Of a stretch of DNA of 64,000 nucleotides, positions 25,911 to 37,937 are shown piece after piece. A program made the position numbers and the translations under genes. Positions within the stretch are counted from its first letter, which is position 1; every line of letters starts with the position of its first letter. The DNA comes from Octopus sinensis (Eukaryota), in contig NC_043006.1 of the NCBI RefSeq assembly GCF_006345805.1, positions 53,258,001 to 53,322,000 on the forward strand, written 5' to 3'. The notes below the pieces were generated by a model that was not told where the DNA came from, made no database searches, and saw nothing but the letters and a program-made list of their open reading frames with translations.

Positions 25911-26639
25911 CATATATACATGTATATATATATGCATACATGCATACATACATGGGATCACCACTACTTTATTATCTGCCCTTCTCCCTAGCTCTCCTGT
26001 ATGACCCTTCTGTCTGGCATTCGCCATGATAGATCGCTAGCCACTACACATTTTTTATTTTCTCTCCTTGTTTGTTTCTGTGTTCCTTTCTTTGGAAGAA
26101 CATAGGCTCGAAACGTTAAAGACTTTTTCACTTCCCGAGCGTTATACTAATACATGTTTGTTGTCTACACCACCAGTCTACGTCTTTTGGTCTTTTTTTT
26201 TTTTTGTGAATTCTCCCTATATATATGCATACACACGCAAACACATACTCACACATGCACAGACAAGTGAGCGGACAAACGAAGAAAGTGGCACGCAACA
26301 ATCATGGAGATGAGACAAACGTTTATTAAATGTATATATTTAATACACAGAGAGAGTGAAATTCGGCAAGACGTGAACATGGCTGATGTAAATATATAAA
26401 AGGTAAGAAAAACAACAAACGGAGATCGTCAAGACACACGGATCATTGGCAGACAATTCCTTCTTCAGTCGGAACCTGGAATGTCTACGCAGTATCGTCC
26501 AATCCTCTCCGATACTATTCGAAACCAGTTGAGCCAAAGGCTTAAGCTGAAGGCATTAAGGCCCTGAGCAAGGCAAACGAATGTACATATACAAATACAA
26601 GGGAATAACAAACAGAAAGGGTCAATGAATGATTGGGAG

Positions 26640-27249
26640 TGTTACATATATACGACAGGCTTCTTTCAGTTTCCGTCTACAAAATCCGCTCACAAGTCGG
26701 CCCGAGGCCACAGTAGAAGACACTTGCCCAAGGTGCCACGCAGTCGGACTGAACCCGGAACCATGTGTTTGGTAAGCAAGCTAATTATCACACAGCCACT
26801 CCTGCGCCTATGATATATATATATTTCTTTTGTTTCAGTCATTTGACTGCGGCCATGCTGGAGCACCACCTTTTAGTCGAACAAATCGACTCCAGAACTT
26901 ATTCTTTGTAAACCTAGTACTTATTCTATCAGTCTTTTTTGCTGAACCGCTAAGTTACGGGAACGTAAACACACCAACATCGGTTGTCAAGCGATGGTGG
27001 GGGAGACAAACACAGACACACAAACATATATATATATATATATATTACTCTTTCTCTACTCTTTTACTTGTTTCATTCATTTGACTGCGGCCATGCTGGA
27101 GCACCGCCTTTAGTCGCGCAAATCGACCCCGGGACTTATTCTTTGTAAGCCCAGTACTTATTCTATCGGTCTCTTTTGCCGAACCGCTAAGTGACGGGGA
27201 CGTAAACACACCAGCATCGGTTGTCAAGCAATGCTAGGGGGACACACAA

Positions 27250-27282
<33 letters not shown>

Positions 27283-27620
27283 CATATATGCGACAGGCTT
27301 CTTTCAGTTTCCGTCTACCAAATCCACTCACAAGGCATTGGTCGGCCCGGGGCTATAGCAGAAGACACTTGCCCAAGATGCCACGCAGTGGGACTGAACC
27401 CGGAACCATGTGGTTGGTTAGCAAGCTACTTACCACACAGCCACATATATATATATAACGGGCTTCTTTCAGTTTTCGTCTACCAAATACCCTCAGAAGG
27501 CTTGGTTGACCCGAGGTTATAGGAGAAGACACTTGCCCAAGGTGCCACGCAGTAGGACTGAACATAAAAACCATATGGTTGGTAAGAAAGCTTCTTACCA
27601 CACAGCCACGCCTTCGCCTA
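26640..27620. mobile_element. Cluster of four family D SINE pieces, minus strand
   Basis: Repeated reverse-complement head (ttccgtctaccaaatcc..cttgcccaaggtgccacgcagt) and tail (gtttcagtcatttgactgcggccatg) modules separated by (AT)n. Confidence 0.8.
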
Positions 27621-27625
27621 GTACA

Positions 27626-27863
27626 TACCTATTTCTTTATTACCCACAAGGGGCTAAACATAGAAGGGACAAACAAGGACAGACATAGGTATTAAGTCGA
27701 TTACATCGACCCCAGTTCGTAACTGGTACTTAATTTATCGACCCCGAAAGGATGAAAGGTAAAGTCGACCTCGGCGGAATTTGAACTCACAACGTAACGG
27801 CAGACGAAATACCGCTAAGTATTTCGCCCGACGTGCTAACGTTTCTACCAGCTCTCCGCCTTA
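27626..27863 (-). mobile_element. Family C SINE, full length, with Tx1-like tail
   Basis: Head aaggcggagagctggtagaaacgttagcacg, core, tail ttgtttgtcccttctatgtttagccccttgtgggtaataaagaaat. Candidate TSD atacct. Confidence 0.9.
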
Positions 27864-28524
27864 AATACCTGTTTGTGTGTGTGTGTGTGTATGCATGTTC
27901 GTCTATGTAAATATGTTTATGAGTGTTTGTATGTCAATATGGTGATATTACTAGGCGTAGAAAACTGAGGAACGGAACTAGCTAAGTAGCTCTCGATTAT
28001 GTGAAAGCACGAAGTAGTAGTAGTAGTAGTGGTGGTGGTGGTAGGAGGAGGAGGAGAGTGATGGGTGTTCACAGTAGAAACGGTGATGATGCTGTTGGCG
28101 AGAAAATAAAGTCAGGAAAAGAAGAACTCGCAGTACTTGAAACATGTGTTTCCTCTAGACATCTACGTTGCCAATAGCAACAAAGAATGACATCATTTTC
28201 ATATACATCCGAGTTATTTCTTCCTCTGTTTGTTTCTTTGAATTCATTTACTATTTTATTAATATCTCTTCCCTGGTTTTTTTAAGAAAATTTAACCAGT
28301 TAAGTATTTCAACAACTTAAGGTTTAGTTTCGGTGACGCAGAACTCGATATGGCTTTGATTCCAAATAAGGATCATTACACATATGAAGGTCGAAGTCCA
28401 CGTGAAAGAAAAAGCATAAACATCACGACTCTAGTTTTATATCCATTAAAATAAATTACCCACTTTCTGTGTTATAAAAAAATACATATTCGATATCAGA
28501 TAAGCGATATATGTTAGATGCACA

Positions 28525-28740
<216 letters not shown>

Positions 28741-29085
28741 ATGTAAATATGTATTTATGTATGTATTTCTAGTATTTAGTGAGTGAGTGAGTAAGTGAGT
28801 GAGTGAGTGTACTGTTTAATGTTAGGGTTGGCAAAATAAAGTACTCGATAGATTTGCGAGTGATTACTGTTTTATATGAGAGAAACTACTCAAGTTTCAC
28901 GTCAAGAGAAAGGTACCTGACTGACCAAGCTTAGATCAAGCCGTTACCATCATATTTTGAGTAATCTACAGGTCTTTGCACAAAATGCTGATCGTAGATT
29001 AGTGAGTAGTACATATAACCGGTAGTACATACAACTGATAATACGTTAAGTTCATTTTAATGCTAATGGTAATATATATATATTA

Positions 29086-29165
<80 letters not shown>

Positions 29166-29838
29166 CCTTAAACTTGAATATTTCTAAACGCTTAATTTTA
29201 TCCTTCATTCTGTTTTGCACTTTCTTCCTAATAACATAACTATGAATATAGACTTGTAATTTATAGTAAATTGACTCAATTTTTTGTCTATTTTTTTTTT
29301 ATTTCTGCGTTTTGTATTTTGATTATAATTGTATTTCATCTGTCACTATATCAATGAATATATTGTCTTTTATCTGTAAATAGCTGAAAGTGACACACTA
29401 CTTTGGGTATGCATTTTCCCACCGAGTGAAATGACACTAGGATCTAACGAAGGAATTATTTACTAATCACCTGGGCAGGTTTATTTTACACCTTGGATGG
29501 AGGACAATGATTACACAACATCTCTCCAATGTGCTATGAGTGTAAAAGTGCATCGAAACAGCTGTAGTGATTTAAAATAATGTCGTTCATTCCGTTTTCT
29601 ATCATTTATTTATGTATGTGTATGAGAGAGAGAGAGAGAGTGAGTGAGTGAGTGAGTGAGTGAGTGAGTGAGTGTGTAGCTGTAACTTAGCATTTCTACA
29701 AACAGTAGTCGATAGGATAAAAAACTAGGCTTTAAAAATAAGTATTGGGGTAGATTTGTTTGACTAAACCCTTCAAGGTGGTAACCTAGCATGCCTAGCA
29801 TGGCTGCAGTCCAATGACTGAAACAAGTAAATGGTAAA

Positions 29839-29886
<48 letters not shown>

Positions 29887-29946
29887 TTCGTTTTTGCATC
29901 TGATTTGCAAGATTCTTTATGTGAATTCGTGTGTTGAAACAAATTT

Positions 29947-30279
29947 CGTTGTCTCTAGGGAGAGTCATTATGTCAATATAATTAACACACATACTCGTTC
30001 AATTCTCCTTTCTTTATTATTAGTCAGTTGGTTAAATGTCTAACTAACTAATTTGTTTTGATTTTGTTTGTCAAAGCACTTTCGTGGCTACTTGCAACCT
30101 TTTCAATGACTATTGACTTAGTCCGTTACAGAGGCCGCATTTGTCTGTTTGAAAGAGCTTTGGCAAACAAAACAAATTAGTTAGTTAGGTATTTAATTAA
30201 CTGACTAATAATAAAGATAGGGAGTGGAACTGAACGAGTGTGTTTATTAATTATATTGGCATAATGACTTTTCCTAGAC

Positions 30280-30285
<6 letters not shown>
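29947..30285. mobile_element. Foldback/MITE with ~135-bp imperfect arms
   Basis: Left arm gttgtctctagggagagtcattatgtcaatataatt... is mirrored by ...aattatattggcataatgacttttcctagacacaac. Related to 58854-58982. Confidence 0.8.
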
Positions 30286-30331
<46 letters not shown>

Positions 30332-30334
30332 ATA

Positions 30335-30555
30335 CAGTAATCCCTCGCCATATCGCGGTTCACTTATCGCGGCTTATTGTTTAAGCTCACGTCGATTCCC
30401 CGTGATGCTATTTGCATTTATAATAAAATAAATATATACAGATTATAAAATAATTTTTAAAAAATGTACTGTGCAGTACTGTTTCTACTTCGCGGATTTT
30501 CACCTATGGCGTGGGGTTTTGGAACGTAACACCCACGATAGTTGAGGGATTACTC
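30335..30555. mobile_element. Tigger/pogo-like MITE
   Basis: TA|CAGTAATCCCTCG ... GAGGGATTACT ends. Confidence 0.8.
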
Positions 30556-30576
30556 TGTGTGTATGTGTGTGTGTGT

Positions 30577-30617
<41 letters not shown>

Positions 30618-30664
30618 TGTGTGTAAAAACGAAGAAAATTGTCACTAAACACACTTGGTTAGTG

Positions 30665-30707
<43 letters not shown>

Positions 30708-30712
<5 letters not shown>

Positions 30713-30814
30713 CAGCGTGGAAGGTGTTTATAAGCCATTTAAGAAACACACAATGAATCTAACGGTTTTTGAGTGTTTCTTAAATGGCTTATAAACACCT
30801 TCCACGCTGCAATA
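30708..30814. repeat. Perfect 42-bp inverted repeat with a 23-nt spacer
   Basis: tattgcagcgtggaaggtgtttataagccatttaagaaacac (30708-30749) and its exact reverse complement (30773-30814). Confidence 0.92.
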
Positions 30815-31559
30815 GTTTTCGTTCCAGCACACGATCTCAGATCAGGTCACTTACTATGGAAGTACATCTCCGTTAGGTATATATATATATGTATTTGATA
30901 ATTGCTTGGTTCAGCTCCATGTAACTTAAGGTTTCGGAGACGAGTAGGACGCGTCCGATGCATCAACGAAACTTTAAGTCGTATGCAGCTGAAACAAAGT
31001 GTTATTAAAGTATAAATAACACTCATGTGAAGGAAGGAAATAGGGGGAACTTTAGTAGTAACTAACAATTAATAACACCTGTTGAGATTTGTTTCCTTTC
31101 ACCAACTGTAAACTTCACTGATACAATGCTTATCGGACCCAAACACCAAGCCATCTGTTTGATAAACAATGACAACAGCAACAACAAAGTATAGCAACGT
31201 CAACACTAGCTACCGAAACAGCACCTTTACCGTTCATTGGCACCGTGAGCAGGTGCGGAAACAACAACAACAGCAACAATATAAAAAATGCTGTTTGTAA
31301 AATGGTTGATTTTCATATTCCTCTTCATACTTTTTATGGTAGTATTGAAGTACTGGCAATGAAGTCCGGAAAACAGTGCTTGAAAGGGAAATTCCACGAA
31401 GAAAACTTTCGCTAACAGAAAAAGATGCTCCTCTCATCCATGAACAGGCTCTTGAAATCAAAAGTCCTCCCAAAAAACGTTTTTGGAAAACACTAAGACG
31501 AAAGAAGGGTGGGTGCACAACAAACGTCGCTAAAAGAAAGTATCCACATATATACGCCC

Positions 31560-31960
31560 AGGCATGGCTATATGGTTAAGAAGTTTGCTTTGCAACCAGA
31601 TGGTTTCCGGTTCAGTCCCACTATGCAGTACCTTAGGCAAGTGTCTTTTACTATAGCCGCGTAATGACGAATGCTTTGCGAGTGAATTTGGTAGACGAGG
31701 ATTATGTGAAAGCCCGTTGTGTATATATGTGTGTGTGCGCGTGCATGTGTCTTTTGATTGCGTTTGAACACTCCCTGCTCACTACTTGACAACCGGTGTT
31801 TGTTTGTTTACATTCTCGTAACTGAGCGGTTCGGCAAAAGACATCGACGAAATAAGTACGAGACTTTAAAATTATAAGTACTTGGGTTAATCTGATCGAC
31901 TAGAAGCGTTTAAGTGGTGCCTCAGCCTGGCCGCAGTCCATTTCCTGGAACAAGTACAAG
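31560..31960 (+). mobile_element. SINE family D, diverged
   Basis: Head ggcatggctatatggttaagaag, internal (AT/GT)n, tail ggccgcagtcca..aacaagt. Confidence 0.75.
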
Positions 31961-32087
31961 ATAAAGGGCCTAAATGCTAATTACAGTAATGATTTCTTTA
32001 ACGGCGCTTATGGTCATAGGCATGGCCGAAAACTTGGTTTTTATGTCTCGAAATTTTCCATTTATTTTTCCTACCTTCCTACCAAGA

Positions 32088-32430
32088 TGATGTGAAGGCG
32101 CATGGCTCAGTGATTAGAGCGTCGAGCTTACGATCGTGATATTGGGAGCTCGAATCCCGGACCGGGCTGCGTGTTGTGTTCTTGAGCAAGACACTTTATT
32201 TCGCGTTGCTCCAGTTCACCCAGCTGTAGAAATGAGTTGTGACGCCACAGGTGCCAAGCTGTATGGACCGTTGCCTTTCTCTTGGATAACATCAGTGGTG
32301 TGGAGAGGGGAGACCGGTATGCATGGGCGACTGCTGGTCTTCCATAAACAATCTTGCCCGGAATTGTGCCTTGGAGGGTAACTTTCTAGGTGCAATCCCA
32401 TGATCTGTGTCGTGACTGAAGGTGGTTTCA
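32088..32430 (+). mobile_element. tRNA-derived SINE, family E
   Basis: Head gatgtgaaggcgcatggctcagtgattagagc, core ttgagcaagacactttatttc..ctccagttcacccagctgta. The 3' body is shared with the reverse complement of 35230-35400. Confidence 0.8.
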
Positions 32431-32551
32431 GCCCAAGATGAAAATTGATCATGAAAATAAGGCTGTCCAATGCAAATTTATATATGAATTTATATACATG
32501 CATATCACTGCAAAATGTGTTTATAAAATCATTAGACTCATACACATACAC

Positions 32552-32582
<31 letters not shown>

Positions 32583-32890
32583 TGTATGTATGTATGTATG
32601 TATGTATGTATGTATGTATGTATGTGTGTGTGTGTGTGTGTGTGTATGTTTGTATGCATGTATGCATGTATGTATGTATAGTAGTGACATGAATGCAAAG
32701 TATGCAACGTATGCCTCAGATATATAAATTACTAAAAATGACAAATCAGATTTTAATATGAATCATTATTATGCGAGACTGATGGAGAAAGGTTGCATGC
32801 ACGCTATTCATACTTTACTTCAATAATATGGGTTCATTTTCAAATTGTATGTTCCGGTCTTAGGAACCAGGAGCCGCACTTTATATTTAC

Positions 32891-32970
<80 letters not shown>

Positions 32971-33214
32971 CAGAGTCCGCCGAAAAAATGTATACACACT
33001 TCAGGAAAGGAAAAATCTGCATAAATATTTTTATTCAGTGTTATTGCAATTTATTCAGTCTTATCGCAATTTGACAAAACATCGAAAGAGGTATCTATAT
33101 TTATAGAGGGACTTATACAAGTCAAATATTTATACAGATTTTCCCTTTCGTGAAGCGTATATACATTTTTGACGAACTCACTCTGTATGTATGCATATAT
33201 ATAAGAAACCCGTC

Positions 33215-33285
<71 letters not shown>

Positions 33286-33287
33286 AT

Positions 33288-33329
<42 letters not shown>

Positions 33330-33345
<16 letters not shown>

Positions 33346-33560
33346 TGTGTCTTTGTGTTTGTGTTTGGTACCTCACCATCGCTTGACAACCGATGTTGGT
33401 GTGTTTGCGTCCCCCGTAACTGAACGGTTCGGCAAAAGAAACTGATGGAATAAATACCAGGCTTACAAAGAATAAGTCCTGGGGTAGATTTGTTCGACAA
33501 AAGGCGGTGCTCCAGCATGGCCGCAGTCAAACGACTGAAACAAATAAAAGAATAAAAGAA
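33330..33560 (+). mobile_element. SINE family D, 3' half
   Basis: catcgcttgacaaccgatg..ggttcggcaaaag..ccagcatggccgcagtcaaacgactgaaac. Confidence 0.8.
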
Positions 33561-33563
33561 AGA

Positions 33564-33594
<31 letters not shown>

Positions 33595-33983
33595 GTATGT
33601 ATATATATATTGTTTTAAATATTTTGTTTTTATTACTTGTATTTGAATTTTCCAGTAATGATATACTATAGTTTGTTTTTTTCTTCTATAAGTTAAAATA
33701 TATTTTCATTGATAAAATAAATATTTATATCTATCTATTCTAGTTTAATTTATACCACATTTTTAACGAGATAAATTTATTATAAACAATAAGTCCAATA
33801 TATTAAGTTCAAAGGTTTAGTTAACAGAATATAATTGTTAAGATATTTCGTGTTTTTATTTTAAGATATATTATTGAATTTTGCTCGATTTTTAAAAAAA
33901 ATATTACGTATTTTTATATATATTTATATTTTCTTATAAGATAATATACGTATATTTATTTAATTATTTTATTCTTTTTATCT

Positions 33984-34068
33984 TGGAGCTGATGAGTGAC
34001 TATATTTAAATTGAATTGATTTTACTGTTATCAATTTGAAAATATAGCCACGAAACACGTGTAGTCTA
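33984..34068 (+). ncRNA. Hammerhead ribozyme motif with a long stem II
   Basis: UGGAG CUGAUGA GUGACUAUAUUU...AAAUAUAGCCAC GAA ACACGUGU A GUCUA: palindromic stem III; stem I has one mismatch next to the cleavage site. Confidence 0.65.
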
Positions 34069-34240
34069 TTAACTAATTATATACTATTTATTTATTATTT
34101 TGTACTTTTTTAAGTTCTAAGTAAATGTTTTATCGTATGTTTAATTTTTTCTATATGATATGATTAAATTATATCATTGTTGAATTGCTACATGGTGGTT
34201 CTTCTCTAATTTACACACACACACACACATATATATATAT

Positions 34241-34286
<46 letters not shown>

Positions 34287-34335
34287 AGCAGGTTGAAATG
34301 TTTCACCAAAAAGGAAAATTATAATTGTCACAAAA

Positions 34336-34518
34336 TGTGGTTAGGGTGTTAAGAAATACCTACATTGCTAGAAATAGAGCTAAAATGCTCTAATGCTGAT
34401 CGAATTATCGATCGACATTTTTCGGACGATTCATGTTTTCATTCATGTGCGTCAACCAAAGCATTGGATCATTTTAGCTCGTATTTGTAGCAATGTAGGT
34501 GTTTCTTAACATTCTAGT

Positions 34519-34522
<4 letters not shown>
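34336..34522. mobile_element. Foldback MITE with ~62-bp arms
   Basis: tgttaagaaatacctacattgctagaaata.gagctaaaatg (34336-34397) mirrored at 34460-34522. Confidence 0.8.
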
Positions 34523-34549
<27 letters not shown>

Positions 34550-34966
34550 TTAGTTGCCAGTGCAACTACCGTGTGGATCTCCTAGAGAGATTTTAGAACT
34601 AGCATTTTTGCCTGTTGCTAAATCAGAGACTGTGTATTCGCTTGAAATAGATATATTGCCATCAGAGGTGAGCTACTGCCATCTCTAGCAGACGACGTAT
34701 TCAGTACTGAAGAATAGCAGAAATAGCCCGAAACCAGGACTGGTCTACTGGTCCCGTCGGTAGAAGGTGATAGGAGTTCGCTTCCCTGCTCGCAATTTAT
34801 CGGATGCAGCTCTGCATCGTTAACCAGCTAGAAGAGATGTCCTCTTGGGGTTAAAAATCGCAGTAGAACTCGATCGAACGGATAGCTGTGTTGAAGTGGC
34901 TACGAATATTACTTGTCAGTATAACTACTGCGTTGATCTCTTAGAGAGATTTTAGAACTAGCATTT
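34550..34966 (+). mobile_element. Retrozyme-like element: 359-bp unit plus a 58-bp direct terminal repeat, with a central hammerhead
   Basis: 34550-34607 vs 34909-34966 match at 50 of 58 positions. Hammerhead at 34702-34750. (TA)n on both flanks. Confidence 0.65.
34702..34750 (+). ncRNA. Type I hammerhead ribozyme, stem II decayed
   Basis: CAGUA CUGAAGA [AUAGCAGAAAUAGCCC] GAA ACCA GGAC UGGU C UACUG: stem I perfect (CAGUA/UACUG), stem III ACCA/UGGU, GUC site at 34743-34745. Confidence 0.72.
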
Positions 34967-34969
34967 GTG

Positions 34970-35027
<58 letters not shown>

Positions 35028-35229
35028 AAGCCTGGTATTTATTTATCGGACATGTCATACTTATTTATACTTACATGATGTCTGTTTTTTCGTGACTGAC
35101 GATCATTAGGAGGACCAACATTCCCTTGAGTGGTTATGTAAACCGATCCTTGATGCTGCAGGATTTTTCTTCTTGTCTGTGCTCTGCAGTTTTGAAGGGA
35201 GAGCCAGTGTGTGCAATCCGATACCGCTC

Positions 35230-35410
35230 TTTACTGAAAAGAGTAAAAGACCCCCTTTGGAGATGAATGACCATGGTGTGATTGAACCTAGAAAGTTCCG
35301 TTCCGAGACACAAGTCCGGGTAAAGTTGTTTGTGGAAGACCAGCCACGTTATCCAAAGGGAAGGATAAAGGCCGATACAGCTTGGCACCAGTGAGCCATC
35401 CATGCGCCTT
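35230..35410 (-). mobile_element. Family E SINE 3' body
   Basis: Reverse complement tggtgccaagctgtatcggcc..ttggataac..ctggtcttcca.aaacaac..aactttctagg matches 32250-32400. Confidence 0.7.
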
Positions 35411-35706
35411 CATGTGTGTGTGTATGTGTGTGTGTCTTTCTGTCTACGTTTGTCGCCCACTACCGCTTAACAACCGTTGATGTGGTTATGTTCCCCCCAC
35501 CCCGTGTTCGATAAATAAATTCCAGGCTACCAATATATATATATAAGTACTGGGGCCGATCCATTCGACTAAAATTTCTTCAAGTTGGTGCCCCAGCTTG
35601 GTCGCAGCCTAATGAAGATATTGCATATCTTTTACAGTCCAGACAACATACTGAATTTACTGTGTAATGTTTTCTTTTTCAGTTCTGGAAACTATCCCGC
35701 TTTTTT

Positions 35707-35738
<32 letters not shown>

Positions 35739-36104
35739 TTTCAAATTTACTATTTAAGCATTTGTTAATACAACCAAATGTTTCTCTATGTATAGATGCG
35801 AAAGCTATTGAGTTTCGCTTTTCTAAAAACAAATTTCCATAAATATTCTCCCCTTTCACATTTGTCAGTCAGTAGATTTCCTCAGCTGTACATGTTTTCT
35901 ATTTCCTGTTCCAGTTAATATCACTTGTATATTTTGAAGCATTGAGGGCAGAATTGACGATCATCATGAGAAAAAAAAAAGATTCGTTATTCATTTGTTT
36001 CTTTTAGAACTTTGCTTCAGTGTTACAAAGATTCAACGTCATTCACGTATATTTACGTATTTTTCAGTCTAACTACCAAAAATAATATTTTTGTTTAGAT
36101 GAAG

Positions 36105-36267
36105 GCTCTAACATGGTTATGTGGTTAAGAAGCTAGCTTTATAACCGCGTGGTTTGAGGTTCAGTTCCATTGTGTGACACCTTAGAGAAATGTCATTTTC
36201 TATAGCCCCAGGCCAACCAAAGCTTTGTGAGTGAATTCGGTAGACGGAAATTCTGAGGAAGCCCAAC

Positions 36268-36323
<56 letters not shown>

Positions 36324-36520
36324 TTTGTGTGTGTTTATGCCTGTCTACAACCAGTGTTAGTTTGTTTGCATTCTCATGATCTAGCGGTTTAGTAAAAGAA
36401 TCGATAGAATAAGTACCAGACTTTAAAATAAGTACTGGGATCCATTTGTTCGACTTAAACTCTTCAAGGCGGTGCCCCAACATGGCCACAGTCTAATGGC
36501 TGAAACAAGTGAAAGATAAA
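36105..36520 (+). mobile_element. SINE family D, diverged
   Basis: Head, internal (GT)n and tail as at 12065. Confidence 0.75.
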
Positions 36521-36851
36521 CGATAATTAACATTGTGTTTTGGATTATGGAATTTTCAAATGATAATGAAAAATATACGATCGTTAATTTTTGTCTCCCA
36601 TGCTAAGATGTATTTATTCTATCATATTAATGTACGCCGGTACGCGGTATTTTTCTGATTCTTGGGCGGATTCAGCGTGAGAATGTGTGATAAGGCTGGT
36701 TCTTTGAATTATTTATATAATATATTATAATATATCCGTTTATCCAATCTCACGCAAAAAACTTCAGCCGACCCAAGGAATTACTAAAGACGCTACGTAG
36801 TACAATTGAATCCAAGACATCGTGATTGCAAAGCAAAATTCTTAAAGATTC

Positions 36852-36967
<116 letters not shown>

Positions 36968-37454
36968 CAGATAGATAGCTACTCCACCCTTTTATAAGTT
37001 CAAACTTATACTCGTAGTTATTGAGATATCAGGATATGTAACCAACTGCCTCAACACCAATCTTGAAAAATAACAGTTCTCAAAAGCAAAAAGGAAACAG
37101 CTGATTAGAATATTAGAGACAGAAGCCACAAATGAAACATTCAAAATCCGTAAAAAAAAATATGTAAAATACACACACATGTGCATTTTTACATATGCAC
37201 ATGTGTAGACGTGCAAATATGAGTAAACATATATAAAGAAAAACATACGATCTGCACATGCATTGACTCCAAATACTTGCACGTATACACACATACATGC
37301 ACAACTATCCTGTTAATATTGTTGAAATTTTAATGACAGATCCTTGGATATCGGTTAGAAATCGACTCTTTCTCTATTGGCAAGAATGCTAAAAATGAAA
37401 CCAAATAATTATATACATACATATATACATATATACGTACATATATATACATAC

Positions 37455-37860
37455 AGGCGTAGGAGTGGCTGTGTGATAAGTAGCTTGTTTATCAACCTCA
37501 TGGTTCCAGGTTCAGTCCCACTGCGTGACACCTTGGGCAAGTGTCTTCTACTATAGCCTCGGGTCGACCAAAGCCTTGTGAGTGGATTTGGTAGACGGAA
37601 ACTCACAGAAGCCCGTCGTATATATGTATATGTATATATATATATGTGTGTGTATATGTTTGTGTGTCTGTGTTTGTCCCACCAACATCGCTTGACAACC
37701 AATGCTGGTGTGTTTACCTCCCTGTAACTTAGCGGTTCGGCAAAAGAGACCGATAGAATAAGTACTAGGCTTACAAAGAGTAAGTGCTTGGGTCGATTTG
37801 CTCGACTAAAGACGGTGCTCCAGCATGGCCACAGTCAAATGACTGAAACAATTAAAAGAG
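37455..37860 (+). mobile_element. SINE family D, full length
   Basis: ggcgtaggagtggctgtgtgataagtagc ... aatgactgaaacaattaaaag. Confidence 0.88.
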
Positions 37861-37897
37861 TACATACATACATACATACAAATACAGACACATGTGC

Positions 37898-37937
<40 letters not shown>

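Noticed and set aside
26085-26125. ggaagaacataggctcgaaacgtta, resembling a decayed hammerhead in a Penelope-like end
   Set aside because: The CUGANGA core and stem I are not present; too decayed to call.
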